A DNA stretch of 64,000 nt from Phycisphaerae bacterium (GCA_009783465.1 WRDM01000002.1:42097-106096), one strand, 5' to 3'. Shown: positions 15,720-25,523, counted from the stretch's first letter. Made by a program: numbers and translations. Notes: generated by a model not told the origin, from the sequence alone.

Positions 15720-16052
15720 AACAAGCGGCCGTGTGCGTACGCCACGACCGCTCGGCCCTAAAGTATATCGTCACGTCGTATAAAGGTCAATAACACCAAC
15801 AGGACAATCGTATCGAAATTTCCGTAGTTTTTCGCGAAAAGACCGAAGGCCGAAGGCTGCAGGAACGACATGGCGTTGCGGAGAATCATTCGCAAAGGCA
15901 GGTCGCGTCTACAGCCCACAGCCTTCAGTCTACAGCCTGTTTTTCTGCTCGATTTGAAAGCGGGCGGTCTCGCTGCCTACCATATGCCCGGACGCACGCG
16001 ACGACGGCTGGCCGTCACGAAAAACCCAACACAAAAACCACGAGGACATGCG

Positions 16053-16652
16053 ATGGACATTTTCGAAACCATTCGGACCGATCACGCCCTGTGCCGCGAA
16101 ATCATGGAGCAAATGGAAGAATCCTCGCCGCGAGGCAAAACGAGGGAACGCCTGCTGACCAAACTGGCCGACGAATTCACGATGCATCAGGAGGCGGAGG
16201 AGGCGGTGTTTTACCCCACCGTGCTCGACGAAAAGGAAACTCGCGACGCCGCCCTCGAAGCCATCGAGGAACACCACGTGCTGGCGATGATTTTGCAGGA
16301 CCTGGAGGGCACGGCCACCGACGACGAACGCTGGCTGCCCAAACTGGTCGTATTCCGCGAAATCTTCGAGCACCACGCCGAGGAAGAAGAAGAAGAAATC
16401 TTCGACGAAGTCCAAGACCTCCTCACCGAAGACGAAGCCGACGACATGGGCAAAGAATTCGCCCAGGCAAAAGAAAAGGAAACCCCAAAGAAAGCCGCCA
16501 CAAAACGCGGTGCCGCCGTGGAGGCCGACGAAGAAGAAGAGGAGGAAGAGGAAGAAGAAGACATCGACGAAGGCCCGGAGGAGGAGGAAGAGTATGAAGA
16601 GGAGGACGAAGACGATGACGACCTGCCCGACGTGGAGGAGGAGGACGAGTAA
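16053..16652 (+). CDS. hemerythrin HHE cation-binding domain protein with ~60-aa poly-Glu/Asp C-terminal tail
   Basis: MDIFETIRTDHALCREIMEQ...MHQEAEEAVFYP...EEHHVLAMIL...FEHHAEEEE (H/HxxxE pairs); tail EADEEEEEEEEEEDIDEGPEEEEEYEEEDEDDDDLPDVEEEDE encoded by (GAA/GAG)n. Confidence 0.55.
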   Translation: MDIFETIRTDHALCREIMEQMEESSPRGKTRERLLTKLADEFTMHQEAEEAVFYPTVLDEKETRDAALEAIEEHHVLAMILQDLEGTATDDERWLPKLVVFREIFEHHAEEEEEEIFDEVQDLLTEDEADDMGKEFAQAKEKETPKKAATKRGAAVEADEEEEEEEEEEDIDEGPEEEEEYEEEDEDDDDLPDVEEEDE

Positions 16653-16741
16653 TTGGTTTCAGCAACCGTTTTCAGCGGCTTGCCTCTTTGCGCTGCAGGA
16701 CGTTCTGTACTGCAAGACCATGCCGTAGCGGAAGTGCGGCG

Positions 16742-17785
16742 TCACGCCTCGGCAGCACCTTGGGCAGCCCTTGCCTCTTCCATGCGTTGCAGGAGCGCAC
16801 GGGTTTCGAGAGTCTTGGGATGATCCTTCCCGAGCACATCTTCTCGCAGTGTCAGCACGGCCTGGCACTCCGTTTCCGCTTCGACATGCCGGCCCTGACC
16901 GTGTAACGCCTCGGCCAACCGGTGGCGGCTGACCAGCGTGTCGGGATGCCGTGACCCCACAACCTCCTCCTGAAGTATCAGCACGGCCCGACACTCCGCC
17001 TCCGCCTCGACATGCCTGCCCTGACCTTGCAACGCCTCCGCCAAATTGCTGCGACCAAGAAGCGTATACGGATGCCTGGCCCCGAAAACCTCCTCCAGCC
17101 GTTTCTGTGCATCCAGACACAGGGCTTCCGCCTCGACGTCTTTTCCCTGACCGTGTAACGCCCCGGCCAAATTGATGTGCATGAGGAGCGCGACGGGGTG
17201 CGTAGCGTCCGAACCCGCCTCGTGTTGTTGGATGACCTGCCGACATTCCGCCTCGGCCTCGACGTGTTTATCCTGGTCCACCAGCGCAGCCGCCAGATTG
17301 ATATGGAGCATCATCGCGGAAGGATCCGTAATATTCCATTGGCGCTTCCACTCCAGCGCCGTCCGGCTCTGGGCTTCGGCCTCGGCATATCGGCCTTGGC
17401 CAAGCAGCGCAAACGCCAGATTGTTGTGAAGATTCAGCGTGGAAAGCCGCCTGACGTTGCCCCTCGTTGGCAACTCCTGCGTCAGTGCCGTCCGACACTC
17501 GATTTCCGCCTCGACGTATCGCCCCTGGTCCAGAAGCGCAGCCGCCAGATTACCGCGGAGGATCTGCACGCAAACAGGACTGACGATCCAGACCCGCTCC
17601 TGAGATGTCAACATCGCCCGGCACGCGATTTCCGCCTCGACATATCGGCCCTGACCATGCAGCGCAACCACCCGTTTACAGTGACGGGAAATACGATGTG
17701 CACGCCACAGCCCCACCAACAGAAACCCGGCGAAAACCGCGACGAAGACGGCTCCGAAAACGACCCACATGTTGTCCATCTGCAC
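16742..17785 (-). CDS. N-terminally membrane-anchored tetratricopeptide-repeat protein
   Basis: N-terminal TM (VFGAVFVAVFAGFLLVGLW) then ~8 degenerate TPR units of form LxGQGRYVEAEAECRxVL. Confidence 0.55.
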   Translation of the reverse strand: MQMDNMWVVFGAVFVAVFAGFLLVGLWRAHRISRHCKRVVALHGQGRYVEAEIACRAMLTSQERVWIVSPVCVQILRGNLAAALLDQGRYVEAEIECRTALTQELPTRGNVRRLSTLNLHNNLAFALLGQGRYAEAEAQSRTALEWKRQWNITDPSAMMLHINLAAALVDQDKHVEAEAECRQVIQQHEAGSDATHPVALLMHINLAGALHGQGKDVEAEALCLDAQKRLEEVFGARHPYTLLGRSNLAEALQGQGRHVEAEAECRAVLILQEEVVGSRHPDTLVSRHRLAEALHGQGRHVEAETECQAVLTLREDVLGKDHPKTLETRALLQRMEEARAAQGAAEA

Positions 17786-17836
17786 ACCTTCTTCTTCTCA
17801 CCATTCTGCTGCATTTTCGCGTGAAGGCAAGGCCGT

Positions 17837-18982
17837 TTATAGTGAATGGAGATTTTCCCCCAGCATCCACTTCGCGACGGTCTGGGCGGCGTTGGGTTTT
17901 CCTGCGTGGGTGGCGGCTTGTTGCATTTGGAGCAGCGTGGTCTCGTCGCGGAGGATTGGCAGGAGGTGTTCGCGGAGGCTGGCGGCGTTGGTGGTTGGGG
18001 TTTTTGTGTCGGAGACGATGACGGCGGCGCTGGCGTGTTCCAGCGCGGCGGCGTTGCGTTTTTGTTGTTGGTCTTTGTGGTGCGGGTAGGGCATGATGAC
18101 GCTCGCCCGGCCTGCGGTGGCGATTTCGGCGACGGTGCCGGCGCCGCCGCGGCTGAGCACCACGTCGGCGGCTCCGTAGGCCAATTCCATGCGGTCGCAG
18201 TAAGGCAGGGTTGTCGTGTGCATGCCGGCGGCGCGGAGGCGGGTTTCGATGTCCTTCGCCGCCGGCAGGTGGCTGATGTGCAGCACCTGCCAGCGATCGG
18301 CCAGCGGGGCGAGGTCGTCGGCCAATTGGCCCAGGGCTGCACTGATGGACTCCGACGACAAACTGCCGCCGAAGACCAGCAGCGTTCGCCGCGACGGGTG
18401 CAGATGGAATGTTCGAATGGCTTCATCGCGTGCAGCCGCCGTCGAGGCCTCGTCGCCAAACGCGGCGGCGAAGGCGGGGCGAATCGGGCAGCCGACGCAC
18501 CGCACCTTGTCGCGATGCCGCGAGGCGAACGCCTCCGCCGTGCTCTCGAACTGCGTGAAAATCACCTCCGCGTGCCGGGCGAGCATTTGGTTGGCCTTGC
18601 CGGGCACGGCATCGGGATTCAAAAACGCCCGCCGAACGGACGCCCGCGCCGCCTGCACCATCACCGGACCGGCCGCGAAGCCGCCCAAACCGAGCACGGC
18701 AGCCGGCCGCAAATCGGCAATCAGCCGCTTGGCCATCGATCGACTGCGAAGATACGTCGTCACGAAAGGCCAAAGTTTTCCCAGCGAACTCGGCAGCGGC
18801 TGAATCGGCTGCGGCGCGACGACGTACGACAGCGGGCTGAGGATTTGTCGATCAATGTCGCGTGACGAACACGCAAAGACGATCGTGGCGTCGGGTTCTC
18901 TGTTTACCAACTCTTGTGCGACGGCCAATCCCGGATACAGGTGACCGCCAGTACCGCCACCGGCGAAGATATAAACGCTCAT
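17837..18982 (-). CDS. murG: undecaprenyldiphospho-muramoylpentapeptide beta-N-acetylglucosaminyltransferase
   Basis: MSVYIFAGGGTGGHLYPGLAVAQEL N-terminal G-loop, GT28 family architecture, dcw cluster context. Confidence 0.85.
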   Translation of the reverse strand: MSVYIFAGGGTGGHLYPGLAVAQELVNREPDATIVFACSSRDIDRQILSPLSYVVAPQPIQPLPSSLGKLWPFVTTYLRSRSMAKRLIADLRPAAVLGLGGFAAGPVMVQAARASVRRAFLNPDAVPGKANQMLARHAEVIFTQFESTAEAFASRHRDKVRCVGCPIRPAFAAAFGDEASTAAARDEAIRTFHLHPSRRTLLVFGGSLSSESISAALGQLADDLAPLADRWQVLHISHLPAAKDIETRLRAAGMHTTTLPYCDRMELAYGAADVVLSRGGAGTVAEIATAGRASVIMPYPHHKDQQQKRNAAALEHASAAVIVSDTKTPTTNAASLREHLLPILRDETTLLQMQQAATHAGKPNAAQTVAKWMLGENLHSL

Positions 18983-19000
18983 AGTAGACTACACTTTCGC

Positions 19001-19090
19001 GATGGCTCCGCCGGTTTGCGCTGTAGAACGTTGTGGACTACAAAACATTTTTTTGTACGCAACGTTCTACAACGCAAACCGGCGGAGCCA
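19001..19090. repeat. palindrome (short BPAL variant: gcgatggctccgccggtttgcgctgtagaacg...cgttctacaacgcaaaccggcggagccat)
   Basis: Between murG and ftsW; related copies at 33165-33230 and 58334-58423. Confidence 0.8.
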
Positions 19091-19104
19091 TATCAACCAT
19101 TCGT

Positions 19105-20364
19105 TTATTCCGCCGGTTTGGCCGCGATCGCCGCCGCGGTGCTGCCGGTTTGCGACAGTTCGTCGCCGGGCGCCCGGCTGCGGGAGGTGACCGAGACGAT
19201 CAGCGCCACCGCGGCGGCCATGATGAGCATGCTCGTGCCGCCGGCGGAAACAAACGGCAGGCCGATGCCTTTGGGCGGCAGATACACCGCCAGGTTCACG
19301 CTGATGTGGAGCAAACTCTGCATGGCGACGACGAATCCCACGCCGCCCGCCAGCGCCAGGCCGAAACGATCCGGCGCACGCAGCGCCGCCCGGCGGACCT
19401 GGAACATCCACGTCACCAGCAGGCAGATCAGCAACGCCCCGCCGAACAGCCCCAACTCTTCGCACAGCGTGGAAAAAATATAATCCGTCGACCGCTCGGG
19501 CAGATAGCCCTGCTTGAAGGTGCCGTACCCCAGCCCCTTGCCCCACCAGCCGCCGCTGAGAATCGCAATCAACGACTGCTTGGTGTGGTAGGTGCCCCAG
19601 GGATCCATCATCGCTTCGAATCGCGACCAGCGGTACGGCACGTGCACCACCAGCAGCCAGAACACGCCCGCCGCCGGCGGAATGAACGCGCCAAGATAAT
19701 ACCACGGCACGCCGGCGAGGATCATCGTGACGGCCGCCGACAGCCCCACCACGGCGGCGGTGCCGAAATCCTGCGTGACAATCACGCCCACACACGCGCC
19801 CGTGACCATCGCCGCCGACAGAAATGTCCAGCCGCTGCGGGGCTTCGTCGCCGGATGCGCCAGCCAGGCGGCCAGGAAAACGATCAGCGACAACTTGATG
19901 AACTCCGACGGCTGAACGGACAACTCCACGCCGCCGACAGGCACGCGGAGCCAGCGGGCGTAGTCGCCCACTTTGTGTCCGACGAACAGCACCAGCACGC
20001 CCAGGCCGACGGAGATCAACAGCAACGCCAGCGCGAACGTGGGCATCGCCCCCGCCAGCGGCAGACGGAACGATTTCGCCGCCAGCCACCGGTAGTCCAA
20101 CCGCCAGAACGTCAGCAGCACCACGGCGGCCGCGACGGCGAACACGATGTGACGATTGCTGACCTGCGCCCACCAGTGCGCGTCGACGACCTTCAGGCTG
20201 GCCACGGCGGAAGGCACCATCACGGCGCCAATCGCCAGCAGGGCCAGCGTCATGATGAGAATGCTGGTACCCGTGGCGTTCCGCCGTAACGGCAAGCGGT
20301 CAGGTTGTGATGGCGTCCGTGCCATGGTGGGAGTCCATTCTATCACAAAATCTTTTTTTACCAC
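19105..20364 (-). CDS. ftsW: SEDS-family peptidoglycan glycosyltransferase FtsW
   Basis: 419 aa, ~10 TM, FtsW/RodA family motifs; between murG and mraY. Confidence 0.8.
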   Translation of the reverse strand: MVKKDFVIEWTPTMARTPSQPDRLPLRRNATGTSILIMTLALLAIGAVMVPSAVASLKVVDAHWWAQVSNRHIVFAVAAAVVLLTFWRLDYRWLAAKSFRLPLAGAMPTFALALLLISVGLGVLVLFVGHKVGDYARWLRVPVGGVELSVQPSEFIKLSLIVFLAAWLAHPATKPRSGWTFLSAAMVTGACVGVIVTQDFGTAAVVGLSAAVTMILAGVPWYYLGAFIPPAAGVFWLLVVHVPYRWSRFEAMMDPWGTYHTKQSLIAILSGGWWGKGLGYGTFKQGYLPERSTDYIFSTLCEELGLFGGALLICLLVTWMFQVRRAALRAPDRFGLALAGGVGFVVAMQSLLHISVNLAVYLPPKGIGLPFVSAGGTSMLIMAAAVALIVSVTSRSRAPGDELSQTGSTAAAIAAKPAE

Positions 20365-20386
20365 AGAGACACAGAGGACTCAGAGA
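20354..20386. repeat. 'ggtaaaaa/cacagagacacagag' palindromic repeat family copy
   Basis: tttttttaccacagagacacagaggactcagag; other copies 307-333, 20544-20568, 41485-41607 (full palindrome), 61202-61227. Confidence 0.7.
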
Positions 20387-20402
20387 AAAAGACACGTGGT
20401 GT

Positions 20403-20500
20403 TCGATGGACTGTTTTCAGCGGCTTGCCTCTTTGCGCAGCAGGATATTAAAAACTAAAAACGTTTCGGTTCACCCATCCTACGGCGCAAAGAGGCAAGC
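20403..20500. repeat. palindrome cagcggcttgcctctttgcgc...gcgcaaagaggcaagccc
   Basis: IR arms at 20403-20430 and 20470-20500; half-copy at 16662-16700. Confidence 0.65.
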
Positions 20501-20569
20501 CCTTACGAAATATCCACCGCATACCCACGTCTACATTTCTGTACCCTCTGTGTCTCTGTGGTAAAAAGA

Positions 20570-21727
20570 TCAGTCCACCAGCGCCGTCGGCTGGAACTCC
20601 AGCCGCATGGCCGCCAGGGCGAGCACGGCCAGCAGGATGCCGATGATCCAGAATCGCGTGACGACCTTGGTTTCCGCCCAGCCGCCCAGGTGAAAATGAT
20701 GATGCAGCGGCGCGCAGCGAAAAACCCGCTTGCCCGCGATGCCGCCTTTTTTCTTGGTGAGCTTGAACACGCTCACCTGGATGATGACGCTGAAGGCCTC
20801 GGCCACGAAGATGCCGCCCGCGATGAACAGCACGATCTCCTGCCGACAGACGACCGCGACGAACCCCAGCAGCCCGCCGAGCGTCAGGCTGCCCGTGTCG
20901 CCCATGAACACCTGCGCGGGATGCGCGTTATACCAGAGAAATCCCAAACACGCGCCAATCATGGCCGCACAGACAATCGCCATCTCCTGCGCGCCGTACA
21001 CCAGCGGCACGCCCAGGGCCATCGACCACTCCCGCACGCCCGCCACCCACGCCACCACGACGAAGACCGCCGACACGATAATCACGCACCCGGTGGCCAA
21101 ACCGTCCATGCCGTCGGTGAGGTTCACCGCATTCGACGTGGCCACCATCGTCAGCGTCGAAATCATCACATAGTAATAAATCGTCAGCACGATCGGCGAG
21201 GCCAGGAACGGCAGGTAAAAATGATGCGAAGGCCTCAACTGCCCCACACCCGCCTGCCCGCCGTAATGATACATGTATACCGACAACACCACGCCAAGCC
21301 CGATCTGGAAGAGCAGCTTCTCGCCGCTGGTCAGGCCGTCGCGATTGCCCTTGCCCGCAGCGCGGCGAAGCTTGAGCCAATCGTCAAAGCCCCCCAGCAC
21401 GCCCAGCCAGACGGCCGCGAGAATCGCCGCCCACACGTACAAGTTCCGCAAATCGGCGAAAAACAGCACCGCCAACACAATGGCCACCACGATCAGCACG
21501 CCCCCCATCGTCGGCGTGTTGGATTTGTGCTTGGTGATCTCGTTCAGGTCGATGTGATTAAACTCAGGCCGGTCGCCGACCTTCTTCTTGATGAGAAACC
21601 GAATCAGGCTCGGGCCGAGCATCATGACCACCGCAAAACTCATGAACGCCGCCGCGCCCATCCGCACCGTCAACAACGAGCCGGGCTTGATGTCCAACGA
21701 CAAAAAATTGAGAAGCCAGTAGATCAT
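20570..21727 (-). CDS. mraY: phospho-N-acetylmuramoyl-pentapeptide transferase
   Basis: 385 aa, 10 TM, MraY family (DGMDGLA, NLTDGLDGL-like motifs). Confidence 0.9.
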   Translation of the reverse strand: MIYWLLNFLSLDIKPGSLLTVRMGAAAFMSFAVVMMLGPSLIRFLIKKKVGDRPEFNHIDLNEITKHKSNTPTMGGVLIVVAIVLAVLFFADLRNLYVWAAILAAVWLGVLGGFDDWLKLRRAAGKGNRDGLTSGEKLLFQIGLGVVLSVYMYHYGGQAGVGQLRPSHHFYLPFLASPIVLTIYYYVMISTLTMVATSNAVNLTDGMDGLATGCVIIVSAVFVVVAWVAGVREWSMALGVPLVYGAQEMAIVCAAMIGACLGFLWYNAHPAQVFMGDTGSLTLGGLLGFVAVVCRQEIVLFIAGGIFVAEAFSVIIQVSVFKLTKKKGGIAGKRVFRCAPLHHHFHLGGWAETKVVTRFWIIGILLAVLALAAMRLEFQPTALVD

Positions 21728-21731
21728 TCTC

Positions 21732-21840
21732 GTTAACCCGGTAACTGGTTAACTAGTTGACTAGTTAACTGGTTGACTGGTCCCTTCGCCAAACGGTTCC
21801 TCTTCACTAGTTAACCAGTTAACGAATTAACCAGTTAACA
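21732..21840. repeat. GTTAAC-rich palindromic repeat (ggttaactagttgactagttaactggttgac...ctagttaaccagttaacgaattaaccagttaac)
   Basis: Family copies at 192-240, 25311-25400, 42461-42522. Confidence 0.75.
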
Positions 21841-21909
21841 AAAATGCTTCCCTCGAACAACCGGTTCACCTTCACCCACACGCTTCGCAAATCCTACGTG
21901 GCTGCGTGG

Positions 21910-23454
21910 CTACGTAGCCGCCGCTCCAAAACGTACGATCGGTCCAACCAGGCGCTCCATCGCCATGCCTCGCGAGCCTTTGATCAGGATCGTGTCGCCC
22001 GCTCGCAGCAGCGCGGGCAAGGCCTCGATGGCGGACTCGACGGAATCGAACTCCGCCGTCCGCGCCGTCGCGCCCGCCGACGCGGCGCCTCGCGCGATAT
22101 ATCGTCCCAACAGGCCGATTCCAATGAGAAAATCCACCCGCCCAGACGCGATCTCCCTGCCCGTCCGTTCGTGCAGCGAAATCGTCGACTCGCCAAGCTC
22201 TCGCATGTCGCCGGCGATCATCACGCGACGCGCGCCCGGCTGGTCGCCCAGCACGTCCGCGGCCGCGGCCATGCTGGCGGGGTTGGCGTTGTACGCGTCG
22301 TTAATCAGCCGCACGCTGCCGGCGGGCACGGCCTCCAGCCGCATCTCCACGCCACCGAAATCCGCCAACGCCGCCGCCGCGTCCTCCGCGCTCACGCCCA
22401 GACACGCCGCGGCCGCCATCGCCGCCGTCGCGTTGCTCGCACTGTGACGTCCCGGCTGCGGCAACACCACGCGCACGTCCCGCCCGCCAACGCGAACGGA
22501 AAACCGCACGCAGTCCGCGCCACCCTCGAAATCCACCAGCCGCCAATGGGCATCCGCCGACTGGCCAAACCATGTCACCGCCGCTCCACCCGTCGCCGCA
22601 ACCGCTTCGCGACGCAACGACTCGTTGTCCGCCCACACCACCGCCTGGCCCGCTCCGCGCAGCCCTGCGTAGCTCAACGAGCGAAGCAGGGACGCCTTCT
22701 CCTTCGCCACCAATTCCAGGCTGCCAAGTTTTTCCAGGTGCGTCTCGCCCACCGACGTAATCACGGCCACGTCGGGCCGGCAGATCTCGCCCAATTGCGT
22801 GATCTCGCCCGGCGCGTTCGTACCGACCTCGCACACGACGTACTGATCGCACTCGCCAACGCCCAACAGCGTCAGCGGCACGCCGATGTTGTTATTAAAA
22901 CTCTTCGGACTGCACGTTCCGTGTAAACGTGACGCGGGCGTCCCGCCCGCGACACGACTCAGAATGTGATGCAACATCCGCTTGGTGGTCGTCTTTCCGT
23001 TGGACCCCGTGACGGCGATCACGCGGGCGGGCATCGCGTCGCGGTGCCACCGTCCCAGCCTGCCCAACGCCGCCAGCGTGTCCGACACGCCAATCAACCG
23101 ATCGCCAAACCGCCGCGCCAAATCAGCCGGCAGCGGCACGCGAACATCCACCAGCGCCCCGCCCGCGCCGGCGGCGAACGCCTGCGGAAGAAAATCGTGC
23201 GCGTCGAATGTCTCGCCCTTGATCGCGATAAACAACGGCCCGTCCGGCCCAATCTTCCGACTGTCCATTTCGACGGCCTCGACACTCACCGCCGCCAGCG
23301 AACGTACGGCAGCGCTGGCGACATTCACATCCGCGCCGGCGCAGTCCGCGCCAGGCCACCAGAACGATTGGCCGTCCACGATTTTTCGAATGTCTTCCAG
23401 CGACGTCCGCTTCATAACAACACACCTGGCAATACATTCTGCTATCACATCCAA
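21910..23454 (-). CDS. murF: UDP-N-acetylmuramoyl-tripeptide--D-alanyl-D-alanine ligase, carrying a partial in-frame palindromic element
   Basis: Mur ligase domains (GSNGKTTTK P-loop, NNNIGVPLTLL); peptide SRVAGGTPASRLHG encoded by element fragment at 22927-22956. Confidence 0.8.
   Translation of the reverse strand: MDVIAECIARCVVMKRTSLEDIRKIVDGQSFWWPGADCAGADVNVASAAVRSLAAVSVEAVEMDSRKIGPDGPLFIAIKGETFDAHDFLPQAFAAGAGGALVDVRVPLPADLARRFGDRLIGVSDTLAALGRLGRWHRDAMPARVIAVTGSNGKTTTKRMLHHILSRVAGGTPASRLHGTCSPKSFNNNIGVPLTLLGVGECDQYVVCEVGTNAPGEITQLGEICRPDVAVITSVGETHLEKLGSLELVAKEKASLLRSLSYAGLRGAGQAVVWADNESLRREAVAATGGAAVTWFGQSADAHWRLVDFEGGADCVRFSVRVGGRDVRVVLPQPGRHSASNATAAMAAAACLGVSAEDAAAALADFGGVEMRLEAVPAGSVRLINDAYNANPASMAAAADVLGDQPGARRVMIAGDMRELGESTISLHERTGREIASGRVDFLIGIGLLGRYIARGAASAGATARTAEFDSVESAIEALPALLRAGDTILIKGSRGMAMERLVGPIVRFGAAAT
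22927..22956 (-). repeat. in-frame palindromic element fragment (single hairpin unit) inside murF
   Basis: acgtgacgcgggcgtcccgcccgcgacacg. Confidence 0.7.
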
Positions 23455-23465
23455 TGCCTACACGA

Positions 23466-23704
23466 CCGCTTGATTCTTTTAGCCCCGGCAGGGGCGCCTT
23501 GGGTAGCCCAGGGTGAGCCGTACTCGGCGAACCCTGGGGACAAGGCGTTTCATTCCGTCCAAGCCCCGTAGGGGCGCCTTGGATTCTCGCAACCTCCAAG
23601 GCGCCCCTGCCGGGGCTTTTTCTTCTTGGGCCGCTATCCCAGGGTTCGCGGAGTACCGCTCACCCTGGGCTACCCAAGGCGCCCCTTCCGGGGCTTGATA
23701 CCGG
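23466..23704. repeat. complex inverted repeat in murF-murE spacer (arms gccccggcaggggcgccttgggtagcccagggtgagccgtactcggcgaaccctgg / ccagggttcgcggagtaccgctcaccctgggctacccaaggcgccccttccggggc with inner hairpin)
   Basis: ~55-nt arms at 23466-23530 and 23640-23704; partial copy at 3518-3556. Confidence 0.75.
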
Positions 23705-23759
23705 CACACTCGTCAGGAAAGACCTTCGAGCTTGAGGTTGCGAATGAACTCCTTCTTAT

Positions 23760-25304
23760 TCATCGTTTCACCAACATCTCGCGCACCACTTCGGCATCAT
23801 CAAAATGATGTTTGGTTTCCTCGACAATCTGGTACGTTTCGTGCCCTTTGCCGGCTAACAAAATCACGTCGCCTTCGCGGGCGTGCTGAATCACCCGCTC
23901 GATCGCCTTGCGGCGGTCGGGTTCGACGTGCGTTTTGGCCAGGCCTGCCGGTGTGAAGCCGGCGAGGATTTCGTCGATGATCGCGCGGGGGTCTTCCGTT
24001 CGCGGGTTGTCGCTGGTGACGACGACGGCGTCAGCAAGTTCTTCTGCCACGCGGGCCATCCGAGGCCGTTTGAGTCGGTCGCGATCGCCGCCACAGCCGA
24101 ACATCACGATCAGCCGCCCCCGCGTCACGGGCCTGACCGCCGACAGCACGTTCGCCATCGCGTCGTCCGTATGAGCGTAATCCACGTACACCGTGAACGG
24201 CGCGTCCACCGGCACGCGGTCAAGCCGCCCCGGCACGCGAACGCCCTTCGTCAACGTCGAGGCGATCACGTCCCACGACACGCCCAACCCGCGACAAATA
24301 CCCGCCGCCGCGAGACCGTTCCGCACGTTGTGCTTGCCGATCAGCGGGCTGGCAATCATGATCTCACGTGACGCGGGCGTCTCGCCTGCGTTGTGCGTGC
24401 CATGGGATTGGCCATTAGAAGACGTCAAACCGTCTTCGCCCGACGCGGGCAAGATACCCGCGTCACGCATCACAAACTCCGTGCCGCGGTCGCTGATGTC
24501 GCGAATCACAGCGCCGAGCGTTCTCGGCCCGTCCAGGCCGTAACTCACCACACGGCCTCGCGTCACCGCCGCCATCGCCTCGCCCGACGGATCGTCAAAA
24601 TTAATCACCGCCGTCGCGGAGGCGGGCAACTCCGCAAAGAGAATCCGCTTGGCCGCGAGATAATTCGCCATCGTCTTGTGATAGTCCAAATGCTCGCCGG
24701 TCAAATTCGTGAACGCCGCCGCCGCGTACTCCACGCCGGCCACCCTGCCCTGATCCAGCGCGTGCGACGACACCTCCATCACCAGGTGCGTTCGACCGGC
24801 CTGTACCATCTCGGCCATCATCTCCGCCAAGTCCACCGCGCCGGGCGTGGTGTTGTTGGCCTCGACGCTGGTTTTTCCGGTTTCGTAGGCAATCGTGCCC
24901 AGCAGCGCCGGCCGATGGCCCGCCGCCTCCAGGATCGCCCGCACCAGCAGCGTGATGGTGCTTTTTCCCTTCGTGCCCGTCACGCCGATGTTGATCAACT
25001 TCCGCGCCGGCCAGCCGTGAAACGCCTGCGCCATCGGCCCGAGCGCCCGCGCGGAACTCGACACCACAGCCCACGGCACGGACGCGGGCACGGCAGCGGC
25101 ATCCTCGCACACCACCGACGTCGCCCCGCCCGCCAACGCCGCCGCGATAAAATCATGCCCATCCACCACAGGCCCGCGCACGGCCACGAAACACGCCCCC
25201 GCGGCGCAGCGTCGCGAGTCGCTCACCAGCGAGGCCACAGGCCCGTCGCCGCGGCGAACGACCACGTCCACCCCCGCCGATGCCAACAATTCCGACAGAC
25301 GCAT
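23760..25304 (-). CDS. murE: UDP-N-acetylmuramoyl-L-alanyl-D-glutamate--2,6-diaminopimelate ligase, carrying in-frame palindromic element
   Basis: Mur ligase domains (GVTGTKGKSTIT P-loop, DNPRTEDP); internal ...SSNGQSHGTHNAGETPASREIMIA... encoded by element at 24364-24469. Confidence 0.85.
   Translation of the reverse strand: MRLSELLASAGVDVVVRRGDGPVASLVSDSRRCAAGACFVAVRGPVVDGHDFIAAALAGGATSVVCEDAAAVPASVPWAVVSSSARALGPMAQAFHGWPARKLINIGVTGTKGKSTITLLVRAILEAAGHRPALLGTIAYETGKTSVEANNTTPGAVDLAEMMAEMVQAGRTHLVMEVSSHALDQGRVAGVEYAAAAFTNLTGEHLDYHKTMANYLAAKRILFAELPASATAVINFDDPSGEAMAAVTRGRVVSYGLDGPRTLGAVIRDISDRGTEFVMRDAGILPASGEDGLTSSNGQSHGTHNAGETPASREIMIASPLIGKHNVRNGLAAAGICRGLGVSWDVIASTLTKGVRVPGRLDRVPVDAPFTVYVDYAHTDDAMANVLSAVRPVTRGRLIVMFGCGGDRDRLKRPRMARVAEELADAVVVTSDNPRTEDPRAIIDEILAGFTPAGLAKTHVEPDRRKAIERVIQHAREGDVILLAGKGHETYQIVEETKHHFDDAEVVREMLVKR
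24364..24469 (+). repeat. in-frame palindromic element (IPE family) inside murE (opposite orientation to host gene)
   Basis: TCACGTGACGCGGGCGTCTCGCCTGCGTTGTG...GACGCGGGCAAGATACCCGCGTCACG. Confidence 0.85.
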
Positions 25305-25310
25305 GTTTTC

Positions 25311-25400
25311 GTTAACTGGTGAACTCGTTAACTCGTTAACTGGTTAACTCGTTGGCGCACGTCGCAACTTCACGAGTCAACCAGTTAACGAATCAACGAA
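25311..25400. repeat. GTTAAC-rich palindromic repeat
   Basis: gttaactggtgaactcgttaactcgttaactggttaactcgttgg...cgagtcaaccagttaacgaatcaacg. Confidence 0.75.
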
Positions 25401-25523
25401 ACTGTATCAAAACCAGCCCGACGGACAAAATCCGCCGTGAGGCCGGGGAGTTTCCGAGGCCCAGGAACAACGCCACCCCAAGTGACGTCAAGAGCCTGAG
25501 CCTACGCTGGGAATATTGAACAG

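Noticed and set aside
15720-16050. Possible integrated element downstream of tRNA-Ser (AT-richer 330 nt with short direct repeats)
   Set aside because: No integrase, no tRNA 3'-end direct repeat that I could find, and the downstream hemerythrin gene has native GC. It is probably just a promoter or UTR region.
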